A DNA stretch of 64,000 nucleotides from an uncultured Verrucomicrobiae bacterium (GTDB taxonomy: Bacteria > Verrucomicrobiota > Verrucomicrobiia > Limisphaerales > Palsa-1400), in contig OY969763.1 of NCBI GenBank assembly GCA_963702845.1, positions 5,248,001 through 5,312,000 on the forward strand, read 5' to 3'. Below, one piece after another: positions 49,552-59,546 of the stretch. Each line of letters opens with the position of its first letter. Position 1 is the stretch's first letter. The notes beneath the pieces were generated by a model. That model searched no databases. It saw only the letters and a program-made list of their open reading frames with translations, and was not told the DNA's origin. Both the position numbers and the translations under genes were made by a program.

Positions 49552-50730
49552 TCACGCCATCGCTTGCTTCAGCACCGTCTGCAGTTTCGGCGAGTCGAGC
49601 TTTTCGATCATCTTGCGCAACTTGGTCAATGCCATTTCTTGAATCTGGCGAATGCGCTCGCGCGTGACACCAAAACGTTTTCCGATTTCTTCCAGCGTTT
49701 CTTCGCGTTCGCCGTTGAGATTGAAGCGCAGTTTCAGAATAGTAGCCTCGCGATCGTCCAATTTAGTCAGCATGTCGCGAACCAGACTGGTGTTGGTTTT
49801 CGCTTCCAATTCTTCGTAAGGCGTGTCGGCGCGTTCGTCTTCAACGACGTCCGCAATGCGGTTCGAGTCTTCGTCCCCGAGTGACGCATCGAGCGAGGTT
49901 GGCGTGATCGCTGCCGCTCGATATTGCGTCACACGTCGACGGGAAATCCCCAACTCCTCCGCGATCTCTTCATCCGTTGGCTCGCGTCCGAAAATCTCTT
50001 GCAGCTTCATGGCAGAGCGACGGATGTGCGCAACTTTATCAACAACATGCACCGGCAACCGAATCGTCTTGGATTGGTTTGCCAGGGCGCGTTTGATCGA
50101 TTGCTTGATCCACCATGCACCGTAGGTGGAAAATTTCGCGCCTTTCGCGGGATCGAAGCGCTCAACCGCCTTCATCAAACCGATGTTGCCTTCGTTGATC
50201 AGGTCGAGCAGCGGCATGCCGTAGTTTTCGTAATCGCGCGCAATTTTGACAACGAGACGCAAGTTGGCTTTGATCATTTGCTCGCGCGCTTTTTTGTCGC
50301 TCTTCTTGATACGTTTGGCGAGTTCGACTTCCTCTTGAATGGTTAGCAACGGCGTGCGCGCAATTTCGCGAAGGTAAAGATTCAACGCTGAATTGGCGTC
50401 GTATCGCTGACGTTCCACTTCGGGTTCGGCGACATGGGGAGCCTGGGGCTGCTGTTGGCGCTCGTCCAAACGGTGCTCCGCTGCAGCCGTTTCAACCGGG
50501 ACAGGTTCTCGCACAGCAACCGAAGCCGCCGTCTCCATAAGTTTTGGCTGCGCTTTCCGGTGATGTGCCGGTTCGAGGATTCGAGTTCGAGTCGCGGCAG
50601 AAGTGTGGTGCTTCCGCGCATGCAACGCCTTAACTCGCGGATGTTTTCTTCCGTTCCTGTGTGCCGCGCCGTTGTGAGTTCGTAGCCGTTTCTTGGCCCC
50701 GGTTTTGGGGCTCGAAATAGTCGATAGCAT
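49552..50730 (-). CDS. RpoD/RpoS-like sigma-70 factor lacking region 1.1
   Basis: LNLYLREI (1.2), ANLRLVVKIA, DLINEGNIGLMKAVERFDP, FSTYGAWWIKQ, TIRLPVH, TLEEIGKRFGVTRERIRQIQ; SD AGGAGGA. Confidence 0.95.
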   Translation of the reverse strand: MLSTISSPKTGAKKRLRTHNGAAHRNGRKHPRVKALHARKHHTSAATRTRILEPAHHRKAQPKLMETAASVAVREPVPVETAAAEHRLDERQQQPQAPHVAEPEVERQRYDANSALNLYLREIARTPLLTIQEEVELAKRIKKSDKKAREQMIKANLRLVVKIARDYENYGMPLLDLINEGNIGLMKAVERFDPAKGAKFSTYGAWWIKQSIKRALANQSKTIRLPVHVVDKVAHIRRSAMKLQEIFGREPTDEEIAEELGISRRRVTQYRAAAITPTSLDASLGDEDSNRIADVVEDERADTPYEELEAKTNTSLVRDMLTKLDDREATILKLRFNLNGEREETLEEIGKRFGVTRERIRQIQEMALTKLRKMIEKLDSPKLQTVLKQAMA

Positions 50731-50734
50731 TCGT

Positions 50735-50789
50735 TCCTCCTGAAATTGTGTTGGAGGTCAATCCTCCTGCGCACTAATCACCTCCAACA
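50735..50789 (-). promoter_or_regulatory. Sigma-factor leader hairpin containing an anti-SD
   Basis: Stem tgttggaggt/acctccaaca; three GGAGG motifs and one CCTCC within 60 nt of the ATG. Confidence 0.5.
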
Positions 50790-50879
50790 TGATAATTTAC
50801 TCGTACCGGCGGACTTTTGCTGAAGAAATTTTTGCTTTAGGCGATAGGGGCGGTCGGGGATGTTACTATCAGGCGGCGG

Positions 50880-51761
50880 TCAACGCTTTGCGTTGCAGGC
50901 GCTTATGAGCACCTCAACCAATTGGTCGGAAGTCCATTCATTTCCTTCAAAAATCTTTTGCAGCCGGCCATTTGCATCAATAACGGCGGTTCGCAGATTG
51001 TGGCTGATGGTTGTGCCGTCGTGCCAATATCGCTCGTCGAATGTTTCGCAAAGTTCAGTAACACCTGTTTCCGTGCCGGTGACGAATTGCCAATGCTGCG
51101 GGTCGTAATGTTGCGCTTGAGCATATTGCAGGAGCCTGGCCGGCGTATCGTGTTCCGGGTCAAAGCTAACACTGAGCAACTGCCAGTTTTGTGGCGCATC
51201 TTTTCGTGCCAACATTTTCTTTTCGACTTCGCCAAAGTTACTCGTCATGCGCGGACAAAAATTCGGAAATGGGCAACTGGTAAAAATAAATGTGACGGCA
51301 AATGCTTTGCCTTTCAAGTCAGCTAAACTCACCGCCTGGCCGAGTTCGTTGGTCAGATGAAAGTCCGGCACACGCTCACCGACGTCGAGCGGCTCAATTG
51401 CGCGCACCACCTGAATGCTCGAGCGCGATGGCATTTGCTCCGGTGAGGAACTCAACTTGACGATGTGTTCAATCCAACCTTCGTTTGTTGTCACAACCAT
51501 GCGGAACGAGATGCGGTCACCAGCTTGCAACCCGCGCAGTTCGTTGGTGGTCTTCACGTCGAACGGCATGGTCATCGCTTCCATGTAACCGGGAATTTTT
51601 TCGTGCTGAACGGTGACGGTTTTTTCGGCGGGCTTTACTTCTTTGACGATGCCGCGAACGGAGAACACTTTCGGCGCTTCAGCGGGCCGTTTGCCGCAGC
51701 CGCAAAAAGCAATCGCGAGAAACGGTAATAACAACAGCAGCGCTCGCCAGCGCCGGATCAC
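50880..51761 (-). CDS. CusF-like copper-binding + SCO1/SenC lipoprotein
   Basis: Lipoprotein-like FCGCG, HEKIPGYMEAMTMPF (CusF-like), FTSCPFPNFCP, SVSFDPEHDTP, HNLRTAVID. The GTG start overlaps the hisC stop (GTGA). Confidence 0.88.
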   Translation of the reverse strand: MIRRWRALLLLLPFLAIAFCGCGKRPAEAPKVFSVRGIVKEVKPAEKTVTVQHEKIPGYMEAMTMPFDVKTTNELRGLQAGDRISFRMVVTTNEGWIEHIVKLSSSPEQMPSRSSIQVVRAIEPLDVGERVPDFHLTNELGQAVSLADLKGKAFAVTFIFTSCPFPNFCPRMTSNFGEVEKKMLARKDAPQNWQLLSVSFDPEHDTPARLLQYAQAQHYDPQHWQFVTGTETGVTELCETFDERYWHDGTTISHNLRTAVIDANGRLQKIFEGNEWTSDQLVEVLISACNAKR

Positions 51762-52858
51762 TTGCCTAAAATTTTCTTCAACGTAGCGACGCATCGTGCG
51801 TTCTCCTCGGGCGTGCCGATCGAAATTCGAATGTATTCGGGCAATTTATAACCGCCCATCGGACGCACAATAACGCCCTGCTTTTGCAATTGTTCAAATA
51901 CGCGCTGGCCATCGCCGGCGCGGACGAGGATGAAATTTGCGAAGGTTGGAACTGTTTCGAGCCCCATTTCTGCGAGCTCTTTTTCGAGAAAGTTTTTCCC
52001 GACAAAATTATTCTCGCGCGTTCTTCGCACATGGTCGACATCGTCCAACGCTGCCAAGCCACCTGCCTGGGCGAGTGAATTGATGTTGAACGGTTGACGA
52101 ATCTTTTCGAGCGCGGAGATAAAGTCCGGATGAGCGATTCCGTATCCAACACGTGTTCCCGCGAGGCCGTAAATCTTCGAGAACGTGCGCATGAGAATCA
52201 GGTTTTGCTTCTCACCGCGTTTGATCGTCGGAACTAAATCGAGCGGCTTCTCCAAAAATTCAATGTAAGCCTCGTCCATCACGAGCACAGCGTGATCAGG
52301 CACGCCATTCACCAACTCCATTACCTCTTCGTTCGAAGCGAGTGTGCCCGTGGGATTATTCGGGTTGGCGACGAATACCGCTTTTGTGCGCGGCGTTATT
52401 GCTTTGAACATCGCTCGCAAATCGTGGCCATGGTTTTTGGCTGGCACCACAATGACGCTCGCGCCGAGCATCTTTGCGACAATCGGATAAATCGCGAAAC
52501 AGTACTCGGACACAACGATTTCATCGCCGGGGCCGAGCAGAGCATGACCGAGGAACTCGATGATTTCGTTCGAGCCGTTGCCCAAAATCACATTTGCCGG
52601 TTCAACTTCGAGTTTCGCTGCCAACTTTTGTTTGAAATAAAACGCATTGCCGTCCGGATACAGGTGCAACTGCTTCGCGGCTTCTTGAATGGCAGCAAGC
52701 GCTTTCGGCGAAGGACCGAACGGATTTTCGTTCGACGCGAGCTTGATGATTTGCTTCGCGGGAATGCCTAACTCGCGCGCGACTTCTTCGATGGGTCGGC
52801 CCGGTTGATACACCGGAAGGGTTTCAAGAGTCGGATTCAGTTTAAAAGCAAGTTTCAT
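51758..52858 (-). CDS. hisC: Histidinol-phosphate aminotransferase
   Basis: YQPGRP, KLASNENPFGPSP, GNGSNE, NPNNPTGT, DEAYIEF, RTFSKIYGLAGTRVGY. Confidence 0.96.
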   Translation of the reverse strand: MKLAFKLNPTLETLPVYQPGRPIEEVARELGIPAKQIIKLASNENPFGPSPKALAAIQEAAKQLHLYPDGNAFYFKQKLAAKLEVEPANVILGNGSNEIIEFLGHALLGPGDEIVVSEYCFAIYPIVAKMLGASVIVVPAKNHGHDLRAMFKAITPRTKAVFVANPNNPTGTLASNEEVMELVNGVPDHAVLVMDEAYIEFLEKPLDLVPTIKRGEKQNLILMRTFSKIYGLAGTRVGYGIAHPDFISALEKIRQPFNINSLAQAGGLAALDDVDHVRRTRENNFVGKNFLEKELAEMGLETVPTFANFILVRAGDGQRVFEQLQKQGVIVRPMGGYKLPEYIRISIGTPEENARCVATLKKILGK

Positions 52859-52882
52859 GGCAGTGCTGATAACGGCAGCGAA

Positions 52883-53965
52883 TTACAATGCGCTGAGGAT
52901 GCGATTCACGTCAACATGCGCCGCGATGATGTCGCGAATGACGGCGATCTTTTCAGTGTCAGCGGGACGCGTTTTCACGATCAGGTTATGGACCTTGAAA
53001 GCCACTTCGTAGCTGTTCTCGCGGGCTAATAACACCGGGAACGGCAGTTTATCAATGACCTTCAAGACACCGGCGCTCGGTCGAAAACCGCCGGTCAGCA
53101 CAATTCCCGCGAGGCTTTCTTTTGTTCCAGTGCCGGCGGCGGCCATGACCAGATCTTCGCGGTCGCCCGGCGTTATCACCAGGACGCCCGGCTTGAAATA
53201 ACTCACTGCGTTTTGCGAACTCATTGCGCCAATTATAACGTGCTCCAACACATTGTGAATTCCCGTGCCGTTGAGGATTTCGGCTTTGAGTTCCTCGCGA
53301 ATGGAATCGACGGTTGGGTTCGACAAAATGCTGCGATGCGGCACCACTCCCAGCAAATCGAGACCTTTGCGCTTCAACCCTCGTCGCGCGAATTCGGTGA
53401 CAAAATCTATTTTCTCTGGAAGCACCTTGTTCAAAATCACGCCGATGACTGGAACACCTTCCTTCTCGAACAAAGCCTGGTTCAGGGAAACTTCATCAAT
53501 CGGTTTTCCAATTCCGCCCTGACTCACGATGATGACTTTCGCGCCAAGCAACTTCGCCACCTGGGCGTTTGAAAGGTCGAACACCGAGCCGACCCCGGCA
53601 TGCCCGGAGCCTTCGCAGAGAACGAAATCTTTTTCCCACGCCACGCGGTCGAACGCTTTCTGAATTTTTTTGGCGAGAAAATCGCTCGCTGAAGACTGCA
53701 AATATTTGCGCGTGAAATCGGGTTCGACGGCGATCGGGCTCATGTCCACGAGCGGACAATTCAGCCGATAGACGCGATCCATCAATACTGTGTCTTCATC
53801 GATTTTTTGTTCCTCGATTTCAACGAAGCGCTGGCCGACTGGTTTGATGTAGCCGACGCGCGGATAAATCTTCTGCAATGCGGACAACAATCCAAGCGAC
53901 GTAGTTGTCTTGCCGTCGTTTTGCCGCGTTGCGGCGATGAAAACCCGAGGCGTTGAAGTGTTCAT
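52883..53965 (-). CDS. Phosphotransacetylase N-terminal region (BioD-like AAA_26 + DRTGG) as a stand-alone protein
   Basis: ATRQNDGKTT, GYIKPVGQ, LCEGSGH, GVILNKV, ITPGDRED. Confidence 0.9.
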   Translation of the reverse strand: MNTSTPRVFIAATRQNDGKTTTSLGLLSALQKIYPRVGYIKPVGQRFVEIEEQKIDEDTVLMDRVYRLNCPLVDMSPIAVEPDFTRKYLQSSASDFLAKKIQKAFDRVAWEKDFVLCEGSGHAGVGSVFDLSNAQVAKLLGAKVIIVSQGGIGKPIDEVSLNQALFEKEGVPVIGVILNKVLPEKIDFVTEFARRGLKRKGLDLLGVVPHRSILSNPTVDSIREELKAEILNGTGIHNVLEHVIIGAMSSQNAVSYFKPGVLVITPGDREDLVMAAAGTGTKESLAGIVLTGGFRPSAGVLKVIDKLPFPVLLARENSYEVAFKVHNLIVKTRPADTEKIAVIRDIIAAHVDVNRILSAL

Positions 53966-55027
53966 GCGGCGGTGGCTTCACCGGGAAGTTTCGCGCCCGC
54001 GCCCGGATACAAATCGTTATATTCGATCGATTGCAATCCGACAATGGCAGCGACACCGAGAATATCATGCGCACTGGAACCACGCGACACGTCCGCAGCG
54101 GGGCGATCCAAACCGAGCAGGATCTGGCCGTAAGCGTGCGCCTTGGCGAGATGCTGAATCAATTTGCTGCCGATGTTGCCGGCATTCAGGTCGGGGAAAA
54201 TCAACACGTTCGCGCGACCAGCCACAGGGCTATCCGGCAACTTGCGAATGGCGATCTCCGGCACGAGCGCGGCATCGACTTGGAGTTCGCCATCAAAATC
54301 CGCGTCCAACAATTTCTCGTGCGCCAGTTTCTCCGCGAGCGCGGTCGCGGCCTTCACTTTGCCGATGGAGGAATGTGTCGCGCTGCCTTTGGTCGAATAA
54401 GAAAGCAAAGCGACGCGCGGCCGTATTCCCAAAAGTTTTCGCGCCAATTGCGCGGTGGAAACGGCAATGTCCGCGAGTTGTTCCACGGTCGGTTCGGGAA
54501 TAACCCCGCAATCACCCATCATCAGCACGCCGTCCTCGCCGAATCTCGTGTCCTCGACTTCCATCACCATGCAACTGGAAGCGGTCGTCGCCTGCGGCGC
54601 AACTTTGATGATTTGGAACAGCGGACGCAAGACGCTGCCGGAGCTTTGGTTCGTTCCCGAAATCAGCCCATCGCACTGGTGCATCGCCACCATCATCGCG
54701 CCGTAATAATTTGGCAACAGCATCGCTTCGCGCGCTTCCTTTTCCTGAATACCTTTGCTGCGACGCAAGCATTTCAAAACGTTTCACGAACGCAGGCAAA
54801 TCTTCGCTCTCCGCCGGATTAATAATGCGGACACCTTCGAGCGACACATTCAACTGCGCCGCCGCTTCTTTAACTTTGGTGCGGTCGCCTAAAAGAATCG
54901 GCGCGCCGAGGCGCAAAGAATAGAACTGCCGAGCCGCCTGCAAAACGCGTGGCTCGGTGCCTTCGGGGAAAACAACGCGCTTGGGATGGCGCTGAAGTTT
55001 CTCTATGACCCCTCCAATAAATCGCAT
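53962..55027 (-). CDS. pta: Phosphate acetyltransferase catalytic domain (frameshift near 54772)
   Basis: KRVVFPEGTEPRVLQAA in one frame, then DCGVIPEPT, DGELQVDAALV, ANVLIFPDLNAGNI, DVSRG; ATGA-coupled to the DRTGG gene. Confidence 0.85.
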
Positions 55028-55120
55028 GCCGTGTTGTACCGGTGAATGCACCAAAGTTCAAGCCGAGGCGCGCCCTGTAGGTTTATTAGAAACAGCCAAT
55101 ATCAAAAAATATCTTGAAAT

Positions 55121-55203
55121 GTTGCAACTTCCTGCAACTTCCGCCTACTTCCTGCAATTAGTTGCAAAGTGGAGCGGTTTTGGAGCGGAAAATCCTGCAA
55201 CTT
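55121..55203. repeat. 10-bp-period tandem repeat in the pta/TPR-GT divergent spacer
   Basis: gttgcaactt cctgcaactt ccgcctactt cctgcaatta gttgcaaagt; another cctgcaactt at 55194; tggagcgg twice. Confidence 0.65.
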
Positions 55204-55364
55204 TTGTCAAAGATCATATCCGGGTTGCACTTTCCCGAATGCCGGTAAGGACCGGCGGCTGAAGGAATTATAACGTGAAGCTGCGGCGTGTAAAGACATG
55301 AAGCCGATGAGGGGGTTGCATTTGCGCTTTAACCACACTTGCGCTGTGACTACTCTATGGTTCT

Positions 55365-57308
55365 ATGGCACGGCCTCAAGCGCGTTCGACGAAGCCACAA
55401 CCACAAGCAAAGCCAGGGATCTCATTGCTCCCAGCTTTGCTGGCGCTCGCGATTACCTTTATTGCCTTCCTGCCTTCGCTTTCGAACAGCTTCGTAAATT
55501 GGGATGACAACCTCAACATTTACGAAAACAAAGCGATCGAGACGCTCGACTCGGCGCACGTTAAATCCATTTTTACGGGGACCGTCATTGGCGGATACAA
55601 TCCGCTGACGATTCTAACGTTCGCGATTGAAAGGCATTTTGTTGGGCTCAATCCGCGCTTGTATCACGTCGACAACCTTCTACTGCATTTAGCGTGCGTG
55701 TTTCTTGCGTTTGTTTTTTTGCGGATGCTGAAGGTCAGCACGTGGGCTGCGGTTCTGGGAGCGCTGTTGTTTGGTGTTCACCCGATGCGTGTCGAATCCG
55801 TGGCCTGGGCCACTGAACGCAAGGACGTGCTCTACGCGGTGTTTTATCTTGGCGCGCTCGTTGCCTACGTGCGTTATGTCCAAAGCAACTTCGCCAAGAA
55901 ATATTATGTGATCGCGCTGGCACTGTTCGCCTTTTCTCTGTTTGCCAAGATTCAGGCTGTCGCTTTGCCTCTCTCGTTTCTTGCGGTGGATTATTACCTC
56001 AAACGTCCTTTGCGCTTTAAATTACTCCTCGAGAAAATCCCGTTGTTCCTGATGTCGCTCGCGGTCGGCAGTATCGGTGTTTTCCTTCTCTCGAAATCTG
56101 AAACACTCAAGGACGACAGCGGGTTTGGGCTTTTCGGTCATCTGCTCATTGGCGCTTATTCATATTGCGTTTACCTCGTCAAAGCAGTTGTCCCCTATGC
56201 GCTCTGTCCGGTCTATCCATATCCAGCAACGCTAGCGCCAATCTTCTACGTTGCTCCGCTGATCGTTTTGGCGATCGTTGCCGCGCTTTGGTTTCTTTAT
56301 CGCCGAGGCAATCACGCCGTAGGGTTCGGGTTCGCGTTCTTCACAGTGAACGTTGTTTTCGTTTTGCAGATTCTCGGGGCTGGCCAGGGTTTCATCGCGG
56401 ATCGTTTTCCGTACATCGCCTATCTCGGTTTGTTTTTTGTCGCTGCAAAGTATTTCGACTCACTCGTGGCGTTGAAGGACTGGCGCGGGTTTACGCAAGG
56501 CGCGGCTGCCGTGGCCGTCGCCGTTTTTGGGTTCATCACCTGGAAGCAATGCGCCATCTGGAAAGATGGTGATACACTTTGGACCGCCGTCGTGTGCAAG
56601 TATCCCGGCGACCCTTTCGCCTACGGCCAACGCGGGTTTTATCTGCGATCGCAAGCCGCGAAAACGAACGGCGACCAGACCAAGCGTCTTTACGCAGATT
56701 CACTGAACGACTACAACCGCGCGGTTGAAATTCTCGACGGGGCACCCGGGTTCACACAGCAAAAAGTCACCGTCCACAACAGCCGCGGCAAAACGCTGTT
56801 CGATATGGGCCGCACTCAAGATGCGATTGCTGATTACAGCAGGGCCATCCAACTCGACCCGACATTTGCTGAAGCCTACATCAATCGCGGCGCGGCCCTG
56901 GGTAAATCACGGCAAAACGACCTCGCCCTTGCTGATTTTAATAAAGGCGTGGAGCTCAAACCAGAAGCCGCCAACGGCTATTTCAACCGCTCCATTGCTT
57001 ATAGTGAGATGAATAAGTTCGATCTGGCCGTTCGCGATTACGACAAGTATCTCACCTTCGAGCCCAACAACATTCCGGTCCTTTACGAACGCGCGATGGC
57101 AAAGCGCAAACTCGGCCGGCATTCCGAAGCCATTGACGACTTCAATCAAATCCTGCGCATCAATGCGAACCAGCCCGACATTTACCTTGAACGTTCCCGC
57201 ACCTTTCGTGACTTGGGCAAACGCGCCGAAGCTTTAAGCGACGCCAAAATGGCCAAATCGAATGGGATAAAAGTAGACGACCTCTACATGCAGCAGTTGC
57301 AACAATAG
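55365..57308 (+). CDS. TMTC-like GT-C glycosyltransferase with TPRs
   Basis: FVNWDDNLNI, YNPL, HPMRVESVAWATERKDVL, LFAKIQAV, IADRFPY, TPR array. Confidence 0.87.
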   Translation: MARPQARSTKPQPQAKPGISLLPALLALAITFIAFLPSLSNSFVNWDDNLNIYENKAIETLDSAHVKSIFTGTVIGGYNPLTILTFAIERHFVGLNPRLYHVDNLLLHLACVFLAFVFLRMLKVSTWAAVLGALLFGVHPMRVESVAWATERKDVLYAVFYLGALVAYVRYVQSNFAKKYYVIALALFAFSLFAKIQAVALPLSFLAVDYYLKRPLRFKLLLEKIPLFLMSLAVGSIGVFLLSKSETLKDDSGFGLFGHLLIGAYSYCVYLVKAVVPYALCPVYPYPATLAPIFYVAPLIVLAIVAALWFLYRRGNHAVGFGFAFFTVNVVFVLQILGAGQGFIADRFPYIAYLGLFFVAAKYFDSLVALKDWRGFTQGAAAVAVAVFGFITWKQCAIWKDGDTLWTAVVCKYPGDPFAYGQRGFYLRSQAAKTNGDQTKRLYADSLNDYNRAVEILDGAPGFTQQKVTVHNSRGKTLFDMGRTQDAIADYSRAIQLDPTFAEAYINRGAALGKSRQNDLALADFNKGVELKPEAANGYFNRSIAYSEMNKFDLAVRDYDKYLTFEPNNIPVLYERAMAKRKLGRHSEAIDDFNQILRINANQPDIYLERSRTFRDLGKRAEALSDAKMAKSNGIKVDDLYMQQLQQ

Positions 57309-57332
57309 CCGCAGACCCTACACTTAACGCGC

Positions 57333-58106
57333 ATGCTCGCAAAACGCGTCATTCCATGTCTCGACGTCCATGACGGCAAAGTCACGCGCGGAGTCCAGTT
57401 CGGCAAAGCCGAAGCTGGCGAACTCCGCAATGTCGGCGACCCGGTTGAACTCGCCATCCGCTACAACGATCAGGGCGCGGACGAAATGGTTTTCTTCGAC
57501 ATCACCGCCAGCGCTCACGGACGCGGCACCATGATCGACGTCATAGAGCGCGCCGCCGACCATTGCTTCATGCCTTTGACTGTCGGCGGCGGAATCAAAA
57601 GTGTCGAAGACATGCACACCATGCTGAAAGCCGGCGCGGACAAAACCAGCATCAATTCCTCCGCGCTTGCCACCCCGAACCTCATTCGTGAAGGCGCTGA
57701 AAAATTCGGCAGCCAATGCATTGTCGTTTCGATCGACGCGAAGAAAGTTGCGCCCGATCGTTGGGAAGTTTTTTCGCATGGCGGACGAAAGGCTACTGGG
57801 CTTGATGCTGTCGAATGGGCCAAAAAAGCCGTCTCGCTCGGTGCCGGTGAAATCGTCCTCAACAGCATTGATGCCGACGGCACGAAGGCCGGTTTCGATT
57901 TAGTCATCACTCGCCGCATCAGTGAATCCGTCGGAGTGCCCGTCGTGGCCAGCGGCGGCGCGGGTAATCTCGAACACATGGCGGCGGTATTGGTGGAAGG
58001 CAAAGCCGACGCCGTTTTGGCTGCGAGCATCTTTCACTACGGCGAATATACCGTCGGTGATGTGAAACAATATTTGGCCAAACAAAATATCCCGGTTCGT
58101 CTCTGA
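57333..58106 (+). CDS. hisF: Imidazole glycerol phosphate synthase cyclase subunit
   Basis: [65 protein letters not shown]. Confidence 0.97.
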   Translation: MLAKRVIPCLDVHDGKVTRGVQFGKAEAGELRNVGDPVELAIRYNDQGADEMVFFDITASAHGRGTMIDVIERAADHCFMPLTVGGGIKSVEDMHTMLKAGADKTSINSSALATPNLIREGAEKFGSQCIVVSIDAKKVAPDRWEVFSHGGRKATGLDAVEWAKKAVSLGAGEIVLNSIDADGTKAGFDLVITRRISESVGVPVVASGGAGNLEHMAAVLVEGKADAVLAASIFHYGEYTVGDVKQYLAKQNIPVRL

Positions 58107-58131
58107 CGATTCGGCAGTTTCTTCCGTTGCT

Positions 58132-58530
58132 ATGATTCAGACTCGAATTCTCCCAATCATCCTGCTGCTTTGCTCGAACATCTTCATGACAGTGGCGTGG
58201 TATGGCCATCTCCGTTTCAAATCCGTCGCGTTGTGGCAAGCAATCCTCGTCAGTTGGGGCATCGCGTTTTTCGAATACTGCCTGATGGTCCCGGCGAATC
58301 GCTGGGGTTTCGGCACCTACAACGTCGTTCAACTGAAAGTCGTCCAGGAAATCATCACGCTCACGGTGTTTAGTGTCTTCGCCGTTTACGCGTTGCAAGC
58401 GCAGATCCGCTGGAATCACATCGTCGCCTTCATCTTGATCATCGCCGCTGCGGGCTTCACTTTCCTGCCCCAATCAGATAAACAATCAGCAGCGAACGAA
58501 AAAGCGCGGGTCGAAATGACACCAAAATAA
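58132..58530 (+). CDS. DMT family (DUF486) membrane protein
   Basis: SNIFMTVAWYGHL, SWGIAFFEY, VPANR, QLKVVQE. Confidence 0.9.
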   Translation: MIQTRILPIILLLCSNIFMTVAWYGHLRFKSVALWQAILVSWGIAFFEYCLMVPANRWGFGTYNVVQLKVVQEIITLTVFSVFAVYALQAQIRWNHIVAFILIIAAAGFTFLPQSDKQSAANEKARVEMTPK

Positions 58531-58536
58531 TTTCCT

Positions 58537-58923
58537 ATGAGCTTCTACGACAAATTGAAATTCAACTCCGAAGGCCTCATCCCCGCGATTATTCAAGACC
58601 ACACCAACGGCCGCGTCCTCATGATGGCCTGGATGAACCGCGCCTCGCTCGAAGACACCGTCAAAACCGGCAAGACCCACTTCTGGAGCCGCTCGCGCCA
58701 GAAATATTGGATGAAGGGCGAATCCAGCGGCCACACGCAAAACGTGAAAGACATCGCCTTCGATTGCGACGGCGACACGCTCTTGATTCAAGTCGAACAA
58801 AAGGGCGCTGCCTGTCATGAAGGCTATCGCTCCTGCTTCTTCCGCAGCGTCGAAAGCGGTGCCGCCGAAAAAATCACCGAACCGCGCCTGGTCAATCCCG
58901 ACGACATCTACGGTAAAAAATAG
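58537..58923 (+). CDS. hisI: Phosphoribosyl-AMP cyclohydrolase
   Basis: [43 protein letters not shown]. Confidence 0.96.
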   Translation: MSFYDKLKFNSEGLIPAIIQDHTNGRVLMMAWMNRASLEDTVKTGKTHFWSRSRQKYWMKGESSGHTQNVKDIAFDCDGDTLLIQVEQKGAACHEGYRSCFFRSVESGAAEKITEPRLVNPDDIYGKK

Positions 58924-58928
58924 TTTTT

Positions 58929-58953
58929 CGTAACAGCCGACGTAAGAAGGCTC
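58929..58953 (+). repeat. REP-like element
   Basis: cgtaacagccgacgtaagaaggctc just after the hisI stop; resembles GTAG/GTAA-type REP arms (from recall). Confidence 0.35.
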
Positions 58954-58961
58954 TGAACAAT

Positions 58962-59546
58962 ATGTCTGAGAGCCTATCCTTCGGCAGTCACGAGTACCTG
59001 CTGATGTTGGGTTTGCTCTTCTTCGGTCGCAGCATGGACTTCTTCAGCACGTGGGTGGCGACTCCAAATCTCGCGCTGGAAGGGAATCCCATCGCAAAAA
59101 AACTCGGATGGCGTTGGGGCGTGTTGCTCAACATCGTGCTCTGCGTCTCATTTGCGCACTGGCCGCTGACCGCTGTTATTATTACCACCACCGGCCTGCT
59201 CGTCGCCGCGCGGAACTTTCATTCCGCCTGGTTGATGCGATCGATGGGAGAAGAAGGCTATCGGCTTTGGTATTCTGAACGCATTTCCAATACGCGGCTA
59301 CGGCTCGTCATCTTATCGCTTCTTGGCGAGACGGTTCTGACCGCCATCGTCGGGGTTGCGCTGCTCTACTTCAGTCCGCTGGATTCACTCCCGAGTGCGA
59401 TTGCTTTGGGGATTATCGCATACGCGATCGTGGTTCTGTTCTACACATCGCTCTCACTTTGGCGCACACGTCGGTTTCACCGTCGCTTCCGCGTCGCGGC
59501 GCACGACGATCATTCCGACCCGATGCGATCGGGACCTCCAGATTAG
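58962..59546 (+). CDS. Hypothetical multi-pass membrane protein (D...T...EGNP motif, DUF5658-like)
   Basis: MDFFSTWVATPNLALEGNPI; five hydrophobic helices. Confidence 0.75.
   Translation: MSESLSFGSHEYLLMLGLLFFGRSMDFFSTWVATPNLALEGNPIAKKLGWRWGVLLNIVLCVSFAHWPLTAVIITTTGLLVAARNFHSAWLMRSMGEEGYRLWYSERISNTRLRLVILSLLGETVLTAIVGVALLYFSPLDSLPSAIALGIIAYAIVVLFYTSLSLWRTRRFHRRFRVAAHDDHSDPMRSGPPD

Noticed and set aside
58929..58992. REP doublet whose right arm overlaps the start of the 58962 gene
   Set aside because: The pairing is loose and the right arm is explained by coding sequence, so only the left arm is listed, at low confidence.
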